From an uncultured Actinomycetes bacterium (GTDB lineage: Bacteria; Actinomycetota; Thermoleophilia; UBA2241): a stretch of DNA of 64,000 nt. Under the pieces are notes generated by a model. It worked only from the letters and a program-made list of their open reading frames with translations, had not been told where the DNA came from and ran no database searches. The stretch spans positions 224,001 to 288,000 of the forward strand of contig CAVRZA010000011.1 in NCBI GenBank assembly GCA_963725665.1. Reading direction: 5' to 3'. Positions 49,938-59,961 of the stretch are shown here, piece after piece (the stretch's first letter is position 1; every line of letters begins with the position of its first letter). The position numbers and the translations under genes are program-made.

Positions 49938-51208
49938 CTAGCTCCCGGCCGGATACCGCTGCGCGACCACGCCTAGCGCCTCCTCGACCACCTCGAGGGC
50001 CCGCGTGAGGTCCTCCTCGGTGTGGCGGTAGGCGATGTACCAGTGATGATACGGCTGCACGAACAGACCGCGACGGATGCATTGCGTGTAGAACTCCGTG
50101 CGCCGCTCCCGGTAGTGCGTGTCGACCTTGTCGAAGGTGAGGAAGGGCATGGGCGGGATGCCGCTCTTGGTCACCGGCACCCCCGACTCGTCGACGATCG
50201 CGCCCAGCCGGTCGAGAAAGCGCGTGCCGCGCTCCCAGATAGCGTCCTGCACCTTCTCGCGCTCGAGGATGTCCATGCACGTCATCGCGGCGACCATCTC
50301 GAGGCTGTTGGGGAAGAAGGTCGAGCTCAGGAAGGCGTCCTTCAGATAGACGGAGAGGATCTCGCGCTTGCCCACCAGGGCGGCGATCGGGTAGCCGTTG
50401 GCCATCGCCTTGCCGACGCACGTCGCGTCGGGCACGATACCGTAGCGCTCCTGGGCGCCGCCCATGGCGACGCGGAAGCCGGTGCGGATCTCGTCGAAGA
50501 TCAGCACGGCGCCGTTCCTGTGGGTGATCTCCTTGACCTTCTCGAGATAGCCGTCCGGCGGCGCGACGACGGGAGCCGCCAGCGGGTGACCGACGGGGTG
50601 ATGATGACGCAGGCGACCTTGTCGGGGTTCTCGGCGAAGACGCGCTCGAGGTCGGCGACGTCGCCGTACTTGAACTCCTTGGTCAACTCGACCAGGGCGT
50701 GCGGCACGCCGCCGTGGTTCTCGACGCACCAGTCGCCCCAGCCGTGGTAGCCGCAGCGGGCGATGACGTCGCGGCCGGTGTAGGCGCGCGCCGCGCGCAC
50801 AGCGGCGTTGGTGGCATCGGAGCCCGTCTTGACGATGATCGTCTGCTCGCCGCAGGGCATCGTGTTCGCCAGCCGCTCCTCAAGCTCGTTCTGGACCGGC
50901 TGCACGAGGCTGAAGCAGAAGCCCTTGTCCATCTGCGCCTTGACGGCGTCGTTGATCTCGGGCTCGACGTAGCCGAGGATGATCGGCCCGTAGGCGCAGA
51001 GCATGTCGATGTACTCGTTGCCGTCGACGTCGAAGATGTGGCCGCCCTTGCCGTGGGTGATAAAGACGGGGTACTCGCCGATGACGAAGTTGTAAGGCCG
51101 GCGGATGCCGCCCACGCCGCCGGGGGTGAGGCGCTGCGCGTCCTCGAGCATGGCCATCGACCTATCGAGCTTGAGATGCGGCGCGCTGGGCACGGTTCTC
51201 TCGGCCAT
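49938..51208 (-). CDS. kat: 3-aminobutyryl-CoA aminotransferase-like class III aminotransferase (one frameshift near 50594)
   Basis: GIRRPYNFV.GEYP, KTGSDAT, GYHGW.DWC, FDEIR.GFR, GKAMANGY, FLSSTFFPNS, TEFYTQ.IR...VQPYHH. Resembles my recollection of the Cloacimonas Kat enzyme; adjacent to kce. Confidence 0.75.
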
Positions 51209-51540
51209 AAGACTCCTTTCCGCGAGGCGATCGGATTGCTCGTGGCGCCCCGCCTCATCCACCTTGCGCTGGCTAGTGGCGCCCACTCCCGCGGCCGCGC
51301 GGAGCGGGTGGCGCCAGGCCTGTCTCTGGGAGGCCGCAGGGCCGTCGCCGGTCGCCGGGATCGCGGCCGTGCGGCAGGTTGGACTCTACCTCATTTCACC
51401 GAGCGGTGTCTGCCGTCGTGGCCACAGCACCGGCACCCAGCCTGCAGCCGGTGCGCCAATCTGGCCATGCGTGCGCGCTCTTACCTCCATCGCTCTATGG
51501 ACCATCGCCGCCGCGGGCGCCCCCCAAGATGCACTTGGGC

Positions 51541-52461
51541 TCACGTCGGCGGGATCTCCTCTGCTGGTCCGCCGCGCACGACGATGAGGACGCCGGCGGC
51601 GATGATGAGCGCGCCGCCGGCGACGGTCCATGCCGACGGGACCTCGCCGAGAAGCAAGTAGGCGTAGAAGGGCCCCACCACGGGAGCCAGGTAGCCGAGG
51701 ATCGAGGCCTGCTGGACGGGGATGTGACGTACGCCCTCGAACCAGAGCGTGTAGGGGAACGCCGTGCAGCACAGGCCGAGGATCAGGCCGATGACGAGAT
51801 CGCGCCCGGTGAGCCTATAGTCCTGCGCACCGACCTGCCACAAGGCGAGCGGCAGCACGATCAGGGCGTCGAGCCCCATCTCGCTCAGCACGAGCATCGC
51901 GTTGCCGACCCGCGGCGTGAGCGCCTTCACGAGGATCGTATACAGGCCGAAGAGCGCGCCGGCGGCGACCCCGGCGAGGATGCCCGCCGTCGTGGCGTCC
52001 GCGCCGTGGCCGAGCAGTTCGGGCAGCACGATGGTAACCATGCCCACCAGGGCGATGGCCAGGGCCAGGTAGACCGTGCGGTCGCTCGGCTCGCCCAGGA
52101 GGCGCGGCGCGAGCAGCGCCACATACACCGGCGAGGTGTAAAGGAGAAACAGGCCCAACGCGACGTTCGTGCCGCGCACCGCGATGAAGAACAGCAGCAC
52201 CGCCGCCGCACTGCAGGCGCCCATGAGGAGCAGCCGCGCCGGCGTGCCCGGCCGGAACGCCTGCGCCAGTGTGCGGCGGCGCGCGAAGAGCGCCGCGACG
52301 ACGAGCACGCCGCTCCCCATGCGGAGCACCACGAGGACGCTCGCGGGAGCGTCGGCCATGCGCACCAGCACGCCCGAGAGGCCGACCACCAGCCAGGATC
52401 CGGCGACCAGGAGGTAGCCGCGGCGCGAAGAGGGGCGCGTCGGCGCTCCGCGCGCCGTCAC
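51541..52461 (-). CDS. DMT/EamA family transporter
   Basis: About 10 TM segments; LLYTSPVYVA, ASILGYLAPV, LLGE. Confidence 0.88.
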   Translation of the reverse strand: MTARGAPTRPSSRRGYLLVAGSWLVVGLSGVLVRMADAPASVLVVLRMGSGVLVVAALFARRRTLAQAFRPGTPARLLLMGACSAAAVLLFFIAVRGTNVALGLFLLYTSPVYVALLAPRLLGEPSDRTVYLALAIALVGMVTIVLPELLGHGADATTAGILAGVAAGALFGLYTILVKALTPRVGNAMLVLSEMGLDALIVLPLALWQVGAQDYRLTGRDLVIGLILGLCCTAFPYTLWFEGVRHIPVQQASILGYLAPVVGPFYAYLLLGEVPSAWTVAGGALIIAAGVLIVVRGGPAEEIPPT

Positions 52462-52490
52462 CGTGCCGTCCTGGACCGCCGCTTGGCTTC

Positions 52491-53492
52491 TCACGGCGGC
52501 ATCCCCTGGCCGGCGACGCCCGAAAGGAGGGGGCGCGCAGAGGCGCCTTCCTCGACCGCCGGCGTGGGCTCGGGTGCCCCGAAAACGATGATGAGCACTC
52601 CCGCGGCGATGATGAGGGCGCCGCCGGCGACGGTCCACGCCGAGGGACGTTGTCCGAGGAACACCAGTGCGAAGAGGGGCGCGCTCACAGGCTCGATGTA
52701 GCCCATGATCGAGGCGTGCTGCACCTTGACGTAGTGCATGCCGTCGAGGAACAAGCTAAACGACAGGGCCGTCATGACGAGACCCAGCAGGGCGGCCAGG
52801 AGCAGGTTGCGGGCCGTGAAATCGGCTGCCGGCGTCCGCCACAGCCCGAACGGCACCAGCACGACCGCCGTCACCACGCAGAGGGAGAAGACGATGCTGG
52901 TGCTGTGCAGGCCGCGGCGTCGCAGCTGCTTGGTCTGGAGCAGGTAGAGCGCGTAGAAGACGCCGGCGGCGAGGCCGGCGGCGAGGCCCCCGGCCGAGAG
53001 GCGGGCGCCGTCGCCGGCGAGCCCGGGCACGAGGATCAGCGCCATCCCGCCGACGGCCGCCGCCAGGGCGCCGTACACGACGCCCTCGGTGCGGCCGCCC
53101 TCGAAGCGGGGTCCCAGGAAGGCGACGTACACCGGCGCTAGATACGAGGTGAAGATGGCCACCGCCACCCCAGTCTCGCGTATGGCGACGAAGTAGAGCG
53201 AGAGGTTGGCGGCCAGCGTCAGCCCAGCGAGCAGCAGCCGCAGCGCGACACGCCGATCGCCGATCGAGGGCCAGTCGTGGCGCAGCGCGACGACGAGGCC
53301 GAGGGCGGCGGCGGCGAACACCATGCGCAAGCCGACGAGCATGACGACCGGCATCGTCGCCCACGTCACGACGACGCCGATGGCGCCGTTGATCAGCGCT
53401 CCCGTTCCCACCTCTGAGAAGCCGCGCAGACGGTGACCCCCCGGCCGTCCTCGCGATCTCAAGCGGGACCCCGTCGCGCCGCCATCCGTCAC
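52491..53492 (-). CDS. DMT/EamA family transporter
   Basis: YLAPVYVA, ASIMGYIEPV; paralogue of the adjacent gene. Confidence 0.88.
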   Translation of the reverse strand: MTDGGATGSRLRSRGRPGGHRLRGFSEVGTGALINGAIGVVVTWATMPVVMLVGLRMVFAAAALGLVVALRHDWPSIGDRRVALRLLLAGLTLAANLSLYFVAIRETGVAVAIFTSYLAPVYVAFLGPRFEGGRTEGVVYGALAAAVGGMALILVPGLAGDGARLSAGGLAAGLAAGVFYALYLLQTKQLRRRGLHSTSIVFSLCVVTAVVLVPFGLWRTPAADFTARNLLLAALLGLVMTALSFSLFLDGMHYVKVQHASIMGYIEPVSAPLFALVFLGQRPSAWTVAGGALIIAAGVLIIVFGAPEPTPAVEEGASARPLLSGVAGQGMPP

Positions 53493-55270
53493 GCGAAGGT
53501 CAGCGCCTGCGTGAACACCTCGTGGAACTTGGCGTGCGTCGCCAGCTCGAGGAAGGCGATGCGCCGGCGAAGCTCGGCGATGCGCTCGCGCTGACGCGTA
53601 TCGACGAGGGCCATCTGCGCCCCGACACCGGCCGCGTTGCCGACGAACGCGACACGCGACTTGGGCACCGGAGGCAGCAGGTCGATGGCGAGGGCGTTCT
53701 CGAGGTCGAGGTAGTTGCCGAAGGCCCCCGCGACGTAGACGTGGCGCAGGTCGTCGGGCGTCAGACCCTCGTGCTCGAGCAGCAGCGTCCAGCCGGCGCC
53801 GATGGCACCCTTGGCGAGCTGCAGGTTGCGCACGTCGTGCTGCGTGAACACGATCTCCCCGTGGGCTCCGTCGGTGAGCACGTACTCGAGCCCGTCGTCA
53901 GCCTCGCGCACGCGCTCGTGATCCGAGAGCATGCGCCCGCTCTTGTCGACGATGCCGCGCGCCACAAGGCCGGCGAGGATGTCGACCACACCCGAGCCGC
54001 AGATGCCGACCGGAGTCACGCCGCCGATCGTGCCGATGGCCGTGGGCATTCCTTCGGCGTCGAAGCTCACACGCTCGATGGCGCCCTCGGCCGCCTTCAT
54101 GCCACACTTCATCTGGTAGCCCTCGAAGGCGGGGCCCGAAGCGCAGCTCGTCGCGACAAGACGTCCCTCGTGCACGAGCACGATCTCGGTGTTCGTGCCG
54201 ATGTCGATCGCCGCGGCCGGCTCGCGTTTCGCTTCGAGGTGCGTCGCGGCGATCACCGCCAGACAGTCGGAGCCAACGAAGCCGGCGATGGGCGGCAAGA
54301 AGTAGACGCCGCCCTCGGGGTTCATGTCTATGCCGAGCTCGGCGGCGCGCAGGAGGAGCGGCCGATCGACGGCGGGCGCGAAAGGCGCGCCACCGAGGCC
54401 GACCGGAGAGATGCCCAGAGCCAGATGGTGCATCGCCGTGTTGCCCACGACGGTCATGTCGTAGACGTGGCGCGCCTCGATCCCCTGGCGCGCGTACAGG
54501 CTCGCGAGAGTCTCGTCGATCCCCTCGCGCGCCGCCCGCGCCAGGTCGCCGAGGCGCCCCTCGCGCATGGCCATGGTGATGCGCGTGATGACGTCTTCGC
54601 CGAAGCGCATCTGCGGATTCTCGACCGCCTCCTGGTCGACCTGGGCCCCGGCCGTCAGGTCGAACAGGTAGGTGATGATCTTCGAGGTGCCGATGTCGAC
54701 GGCGGCGCCGTAGACGTGCGGCGCGGCGCCGTCGGGCTCGACGTCGATCAGTGTGTCGCCGTAGCGTGTGACGACCGCCTCCCAGTCGCTCTCGCGCAAC
54801 GTGTCCGGGAGCGTGCGCAGCACCGTCAGCGGCACCTGACTTACACCGAGCTGCGTGCACAGGCGTTCGTCGTCGGAGGCCGCCGAGCCGAGCTCGGGCG
54901 GCGTCAGGCGCACGGCCTCCCTGACGACCGCCGAGCGCACCTCGCCGTGGTGCAGCCGGGAGGTCGTAAGGATCTGACGCCGCCCCTTCGCTTCACGCAC
55001 CTCGACGCTGACACGCTCACCACGCGCATACGCCTGGCAGGCGAGACGCCAACCTTCAGCGAGCAGCTTGGGCGAGAGGCGCTTGGCCTCCTCCTCGGTG
55101 GGAGAGCTGAGGTCGCCGGCGCCCAGCCGGACGAGGCACTTGCCGCAGGTGCCGCGGCCGCCGCAGGTCGCCGGCACCTCGATGCCGACCTTCGTGACGG
55201 CCGCCAGCAGGGGCTCGTCGGCGTCGAGCTCGACGGTGACGCCGATGGGCTCGATGAAGACCTTCGTCAC
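53489..55270 (-). CDS. RamA/RACE-type ATP-dependent corrinoid reductive activator ([2Fe-2S]-ASKHA)
   Basis: CGGRGTCGKC..RLACQ, VDIGTS, NPQ..FGEDVITRI, GFVGSD, DIGTNTE, GPAFEG, GICGSG, AGAFGNY, GNAAG.GA. Confidence 0.92.
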   Translation of the reverse strand: MTKVFIEPIGVTVELDADEPLLAAVTKVGIEVPATCGGRGTCGKCLVRLGAGDLSSPTEEEAKRLSPKLLAEGWRLACQAYARGERVSVEVREAKGRRQILTTSRLHHGEVRSAVVREAVRLTPPELGSAASDDERLCTQLGVSQVPLTVLRTLPDTLRESDWEAVVTRYGDTLIDVEPDGAAPHVYGAAVDIGTSKIITYLFDLTAGAQVDQEAVENPQMRFGEDVITRITMAMREGRLGDLARAAREGIDETLASLYARQGIEARHVYDMTVVGNTAMHHLALGISPVGLGGAPFAPAVDRPLLLRAAELGIDMNPEGGVYFLPPIAGFVGSDCLAVIAATHLEAKREPAAAIDIGTNTEIVLVHEGRLVATSCASGPAFEGYQMKCGMKAAEGAIERVSFDAEGMPTAIGTIGGVTPVGICGSGVVDILAGLVARGIVDKSGRMLSDHERVREADDGLEYVLTDGAHGEIVFTQHDVRNLQLAKGAIGAGWTLLLEHEGLTPDDLRHVYVAGAFGNYLDLENALAIDLLPPVPKSRVAFVGNAAGVGAQMALVDTRQRERIAELRRRIAFLELATHAKFHEVFTQALTFA

Positions 55271-55309
55271 GGCGTCGCCGCTGTCGCCGCGACCCTCGTC
55301 ACCGCAGTC

Positions 55310-56608
55310 TCAATGCGCGACATGGAACGGCTCCGTGTGGATGTCGGCCATCAACGCCTTGCGGTCCGTGACCTTCTGCCAGCGAGCCGCCCAGACGTCC
55401 TCGAGCGTCGGCCCGGGCGTATCGAAGAGCTTGGCCACGCCGAGCCGCTGGCGTTCGGCTTCGCAGTCCTGGCAGTGGCACTCGAACTGGTAGTCTTCGG
55501 GCTCGGTGTACTTCGAGATGATGCCCTCGTAGTTGCGCAGGATGACCTGATGGTCGGCCTGCGAGATCATGTAGGTCGGGATGACCGGCGTCTTCCCGCC
55601 GCCGCCGATGGCGTCGATGATGTAGGTCGGGACGGCGAAGCCGGTGGTGTGCCCGCGCAGGCTCTCGTAGATCTCGACGCCCTTGGCGACCGAGGTGCGG
55701 AAGTGGGCGGTGCCCTCGGCGAGATCGCACTGGTAGTAGTAGTAGGGCTTGACGCGGATCCTCACGAGCCCGTGCACGAGCCGCTTCATCACCTTGGCGC
55801 AGTCGTTGACGCCGCGCATCAGCACCGACTGGTTGCCGAGGGGGATGCCGGCGTCGGCCAGCATGGCGCAGGCGCGCTCCGAGTCGGGCGTGATCTCCTT
55901 CGGGTGGTTGAAGTGGGTGTTGAGGTAGAGCGGGTGGTACTTCCTGAGCATGGCGCAGAGCTCGGGGGTGATGCGCTGCGGGCAGACCACCGGCATACGC
56001 GAGCCGATGCGCACGATCTCGACGTGGTCGATGGCCGTTACGCGCTGCAGGAGCCACTCGAGCTTCTCGTCGGAGAGCGTCAGAGGGTCGCCGCCCGAGA
56101 GGAGCACGTCGCGCACCTCGGGGTTGCGCTGGATGTAGGTGAAGGCGTTCTCGTAGTCCTGGTCGGACACCGCGCCCTCGTGCTCCCCCACGATGCGCCG
56201 CCGCGTGCAGTGCCGGCAGTACATCGAGCACATCTCGGTGGTGATGAAGAGCACGCGGTCGGGGTAGCGATGCGTGATCAGCGTGGTCGGCGAGTCGATC
56301 GTCTCGGCGATGGCGTCCTTCATGTCGGCCGCCCCGACGATCAGCTCCTTCGTCGTCGGGACGCCCTGCTGGCGCACGGGGCACGACGCGTCGTCGGGGT
56401 CCATGAGCGACGCGTAGTAAGGGGTCACGGCGACCCTGAACTTGCCCATGCAGGCCTCGAGGTCGGTGCGCTGCTCGTCGGTCAGGTCGAGCACCTGGTC
56501 GAAGTCCTCGCCGATGGTCAGGCGGTTGCGCACCTGCCAGCGCCAGTCGTTCCACTGGGCCTCGGTGACGTCCTTGAAGAGGGGGATCTCGTTCCACTGT
56601 CGTGCCAT
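55310..56608 (-). CDS. kamA: lysine 2,3-aminomutase (radical SAM/PLP)
   Basis: WNDWRWQ, THRYPDR, CSMYCRHCTRRR, LSGGDPL, THFNHP, YQCDL, DAIGGGGK. Confidence 0.93.
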   Translation of the reverse strand: MARQWNEIPLFKDVTEAQWNDWRWQVRNRLTIGEDFDQVLDLTDEQRTDLEACMGKFRVAVTPYYASLMDPDDASCPVRQQGVPTTKELIVGAADMKDAIAETIDSPTTLITHRYPDRVLFITTEMCSMYCRHCTRRRIVGEHEGAVSDQDYENAFTYIQRNPEVRDVLLSGGDPLTLSDEKLEWLLQRVTAIDHVEIVRIGSRMPVVCPQRITPELCAMLRKYHPLYLNTHFNHPKEITPDSERACAMLADAGIPLGNQSVLMRGVNDCAKVMKRLVHGLVRIRVKPYYYYQCDLAEGTAHFRTSVAKGVEIYESLRGHTTGFAVPTYIIDAIGGGGKTPVIPTYMISQADHQVILRNYEGIISKYTEPEDYQFECHCQDCEAERQRLGVAKLFDTPGPTLEDVWAARWQKVTDRKALMADIHTEPFHVAH

Positions 56609-56745
56609 GTCGTCGTCTCCTATCTCGCGGGAGCCTCGCCCTCGGCTCCGCTGCCCTGGCCCGAATCTCTCTCATACGAGGCGTGCCGGCGTAAGAAGTG
56701 GGTCAGCACGCAGAGGTCGTCAGGGGCCGCGAAGGCCCTTTGGGG

Positions 56746-58276
56746 TCACAGACCGGAAGTGGCGATGATGCGCGCCAGGGTCTCCGCCTTCTCGGCTTCG
56801 AGGGGCGGGACGCGGTGCTCCGCAAGGATGCGCGCCGCGAGCTCCTCCGCCTTGCGCTCGGAGCCGACCCTGCCCTCGCGCTGCCACGCTTCGAGCGAGC
56901 TGCGGTCGAAGACGCGCGGACGCCACACATCGCGCATGTGGCGGCGCGTGTGCCTCTGCGCGAGGGCGTTGCCCCCGATCCCGACGGCGGCAATCGTCTC
57001 CTGCGCCATAGTCTCCTCGTCGACCTCTATGCCTTCGGCGATGCGCGCGCACACGGCGCGCGACTCGCAATCCAGAACGAGCTGCCCCGGCGAAAAGGCG
57101 CGGCCACCGGCGAGCAGGCCCGCGCCCATCAGCAAGGCTGGGATCCCCAGGGCCGTGATCAGTGTGGCGAACGTAGTCTCCACCGACGAGCGCCACCCCG
57201 GCTGTGCCGCCCCTGCGGTCGCCGGCGCGATCAGCGACGGCAGCCCGAACGAGCTCATCAGCTCATTGTACGCCAGCGCGAGGAGCCAGGCGCGGGGGGC
57301 GTCGGTGAGGTCGGCCGGGGGCGACCACGGGGCGTCCTCCGTAGGGCTCGCGATGAAGGTCGTGCCTGGCGCGACGAGCTGCACGACGGCGCAGGCGGCG
57401 AGGGCGCTCGCGGCCCGCCGGGCGAGGCGCTCGCCGAGGCCGCCGGCCGCGGCGAGCGCCTCGCCCCCGGTCGTCGCTGGAGCTGATCCTGCGGCGCCGG
57501 ACGTATCGCCCAGCGCGAGCGCGAAGCCCACCGGCAGGCCGCGCCGGGCGGCCACGAGAAGCGCGTCGACCGCCGACGCGGCGGCAAGCTGGCCCGGCGC
57601 TACCAGCGACACGGGTGGTCGGCGGCGCAGCACCTCGTCGCCAGCGACCGCCGCCGCCATGGCGGCCACCGCCTCGGCCTGCGCCGGCGAATCGACCGTC
57701 GTCAGCATGACGTGCTTCGTCGTGTTGGCGAGGCACACCTCCAGCTCTTCGGCGACGGCTCTGCCAGGCCTTCGGGCGGCGAGAGGCGCGCCCGCCGCCG
57801 CGCCACCGCGCGCAAGGGCGAGCGGCGGCCCGGCGACGAGGGCGACCTCGGGCAGCCCGTCGGCAAGTCGACAGGCCTCGGCGAGGTCGCTGCGCTCGGC
57901 GGGCCGCCGCTCGCCGCCGGCGGCAAGCAGCTCGGCCGCCGGTCCGCCGGTCGCCAGCAGGGCAGCTCCGCCCGAGCACGACGTCGCACTCCGGCACCCG
58001 TCCGCCGAGCACCGGGGTGGTCGACGCGAGCGCGAGCGCCTCTTCGATCAGGCGCGCCGGAGGCCGGGCGAGACCCGTCAACTGATCGAGCGGCACGCCG
58101 GCGTCGGCGAGGGCCGCGCGCGCGCGCTCGCCGGGCACGACGACGCCGCGTGTCTCGAGCAGGCGCAGCGCCTCGGCGCGCAGCCACGCGAGCTCCGCCG
58201 AGCCGAGGGCGCGCAGGGCCAGACGGCCCTGCGCGCCCACGGCCGCCGTCTCCGCTCGCGACCCGTTCCCGGTCAC
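56746..58276 (-). CDS. degenerate MttB-superfamily paralogue (frameshift near 57965)
   Basis: GTG overlaps the upstream stop; CLANTTKHV, FSPGQLVLDCE, VGIGGNALAQRHTRRH; very Ala-rich with an eroded core. Confidence 0.7.
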
Positions 58277-59745
58277 GTCGCCGCCAGAGCCTCCGCGTCG
58301 GCGCGCGCCACGATGCGCGCAAGCTCGGCTTGCGCGTCGTCGGGCAGCGGCTCCGGCCGGTGGTTCTCGAGGATGTCGGCCGCGACGGCCGTCGCCCTCT
58401 CGAGGGCGCCGGCCTTGCCGGCCGCGAGCCACTGGTCGTAGGTCGAGCGGTCCCACACCGCCGGGCGCCAGATGTCCTTCATGTGCCGTCGGGTGTGCTT
58501 CTCGGCCAAGTAGGTGCCGTTGGGGCCGATCTCCTTGATGACGTCGAGGGCCAGCGTCTCGTCGTCGACGACGATGCCCTCGGCCATCCTCTGCACGATG
58601 CCGTATATCTCGCACTCCATCACCATGTGCGGATACGAGAGGATCTTGGAGCCGTTCAGAAGACCCGTCCCGTTCATCATGTCGGCCACCGTCATGACGC
58701 TGGCGAAGGTCGAGAGCGAGTCGTCGACGGCGGCCTGCCAGTCGGGCTCCTTGGCGCCCGTCGCCATGGTGCCAATGGCCATGGGTAGACCGTAGAAGTG
58801 CGCCAGCTGGGTCGCCGCGGCGGCAAGGAGGTAGTCCTCGGGACTGCCGCCGGTGTAGCCGCCGGTCTTGAGGTCGATGACGCTGGGGGCGCCGGAGAAG
58901 AACGCCGGACAGCCCGGGTAGGCCAGCTCGAGGAGCACCACGCCTGAGAGGGCCTCGGCGTTCTGCACGACGAGGTTGCCGGCGAGCGTCGCCGGCGCCG
59001 TTCCGCACGACAGGGGCATGGGCATGAAGCCGCTGGCGAGGCCGTATTCGGCCGCGACCAGGTTGGCGTCGAGGTTGGGTCCGTCGTGGGCCAGGGGATC
59101 GACCGCGCACTGCATGAAGCTCACGATGGGCCGCCGCCGCAGCTCGTCGGTGCCGCCGACGATGGCGGCGGCCATCTCGACCACGGCGCGAGCCGCCTTC
59201 TCGCCGACCGTGGTCACCGCCTGATAGTGCTTCGTCGTGTTGTTGAGCACCGCCTCGGAGTCGTGCAACGCCTTGGTGGCGGGTGGCACGTCCTGCGAGG
59301 TGACGATCGGTCCCCAGTAGTAGGAGACGTTGGGCAGCGCGTCCACGAACCGAGCTGACTCGGCGGCGTCGGCCTTCGTCGAGGGGCGCTTCTCACCGCT
59401 GCGCGGATCGAGCACGAAGACACCCGAGGCGTCGTTGGAGAGGTAGCAGTGCCGGCCGTCGATGAGCAGGTCGCAGGCGCGATCGCGGGCCGCGAGCACG
59501 TACTCCCTGGGCGCCCATGACGCGGCCTCCATGACGATCGCGCGCGGCAGGCGCACGACACTCGTCGCGCGGTCGACGCGGCAGCCGCCCTTCTCGAGTG
59601 CGTCGAGCGCGCGCGCCGAGGGGAAGTGGACACCGGTCTCCTCGAGGACCTCGAGAGTGGCGTCGTGGATGCGTTCGATGTCGGACGGCGAGAGCACCTC
59701 CCAGCGGAGGCGGGGGACGATGGGGTTGATCCTCGGGGCAGTCAT
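58273..59745 (-). CDS. mttB: MttB superfamily methyltransferase, pyrrolysine-free
   Basis: IHDATLEVLEETGV, NTTKH, GTAPATLAG, TGAKEPDWQA, IGPNGTYLAEKHT; no TAG. Confidence 0.92.
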   Translation of the reverse strand: MTAPRINPIVPRLRWEVLSPSDIERIHDATLEVLEETGVHFPSARALDALEKGGCRVDRATSVVRLPRAIVMEAASWAPREYVLAARDRACDLLIDGRHCYLSNDASGVFVLDPRSGEKRPSTKADAAESARFVDALPNVSYYWGPIVTSQDVPPATKALHDSEAVLNNTTKHYQAVTTVGEKAARAVVEMAAAIVGGTDELRRRPIVSFMQCAVDPLAHDGPNLDANLVAAEYGLASGFMPMPLSCGTAPATLAGNLVVQNAEALSGVVLLELAYPGCPAFFSGAPSVIDLKTGGYTGGSPEDYLLAAAATQLAHFYGLPMAIGTMATGAKEPDWQAAVDDSLSTFASVMTVADMMNGTGLLNGSKILSYPHMVMECEIYGIVQRMAEGIVVDDETLALDVIKEIGPNGTYLAEKHTRRHMKDIWRPAVWDRSTYDQWLAAGKAGALERATAVAADILENHRPEPLPDDAQAELARIVARADAEALAAT

Positions 59746-59961
59746 CGGACGGCGACCTCATATCTCGGACAGGCGGACGCGTCGGAACGGGGCACGGGCT
59801 GCGGCCGCCGCGCACGGCCGGGCGCGGCGGCCCTCGCCGCTACGCGGCGAAGGTGCGGTAGATGTGGCTGATCGAACCGGCGACCACGGCCGTCACTCTA
59901 CCATGTCAGCGGGCCGCACGCGTGTGCGGTACAGTACCCAGAGGACCCCCGGGAGGATGGC

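Noticed and set aside
34823-51208. Annotation of the class III aminotransferases as hemL
   Set aside because: Three paralogues in catabolic context with no hem genes, and none has the typical HemL GGVNSPVR N-terminus.
51209-51540. Lysine riboswitch or leader peptide upstream of the kat-like gene
   Set aside because: Hairpins are present, but no recognisable riboswitch consensus and no Lys-rich small ORF.
15592-57965. Programmed frameshifting or phase variation at the single-base shifts (about 15592, 21510, 26050, 26558, 27120, 50594, 57965)
   Set aside because: Scattered +/-1 indels, mostly in short C/G runs of unrelated genes and without slippery heptamers; most simply explained by long-read consensus error.
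53522-58441. 1639-aa plus-strand ORF and other long antisense ORFs (for example 33324-34664, 19357-21066, 43417-44949)
   Set aside because: Shadow frames of well-supported opposite-strand genes in high-GC DNA; no recognisable motifs.
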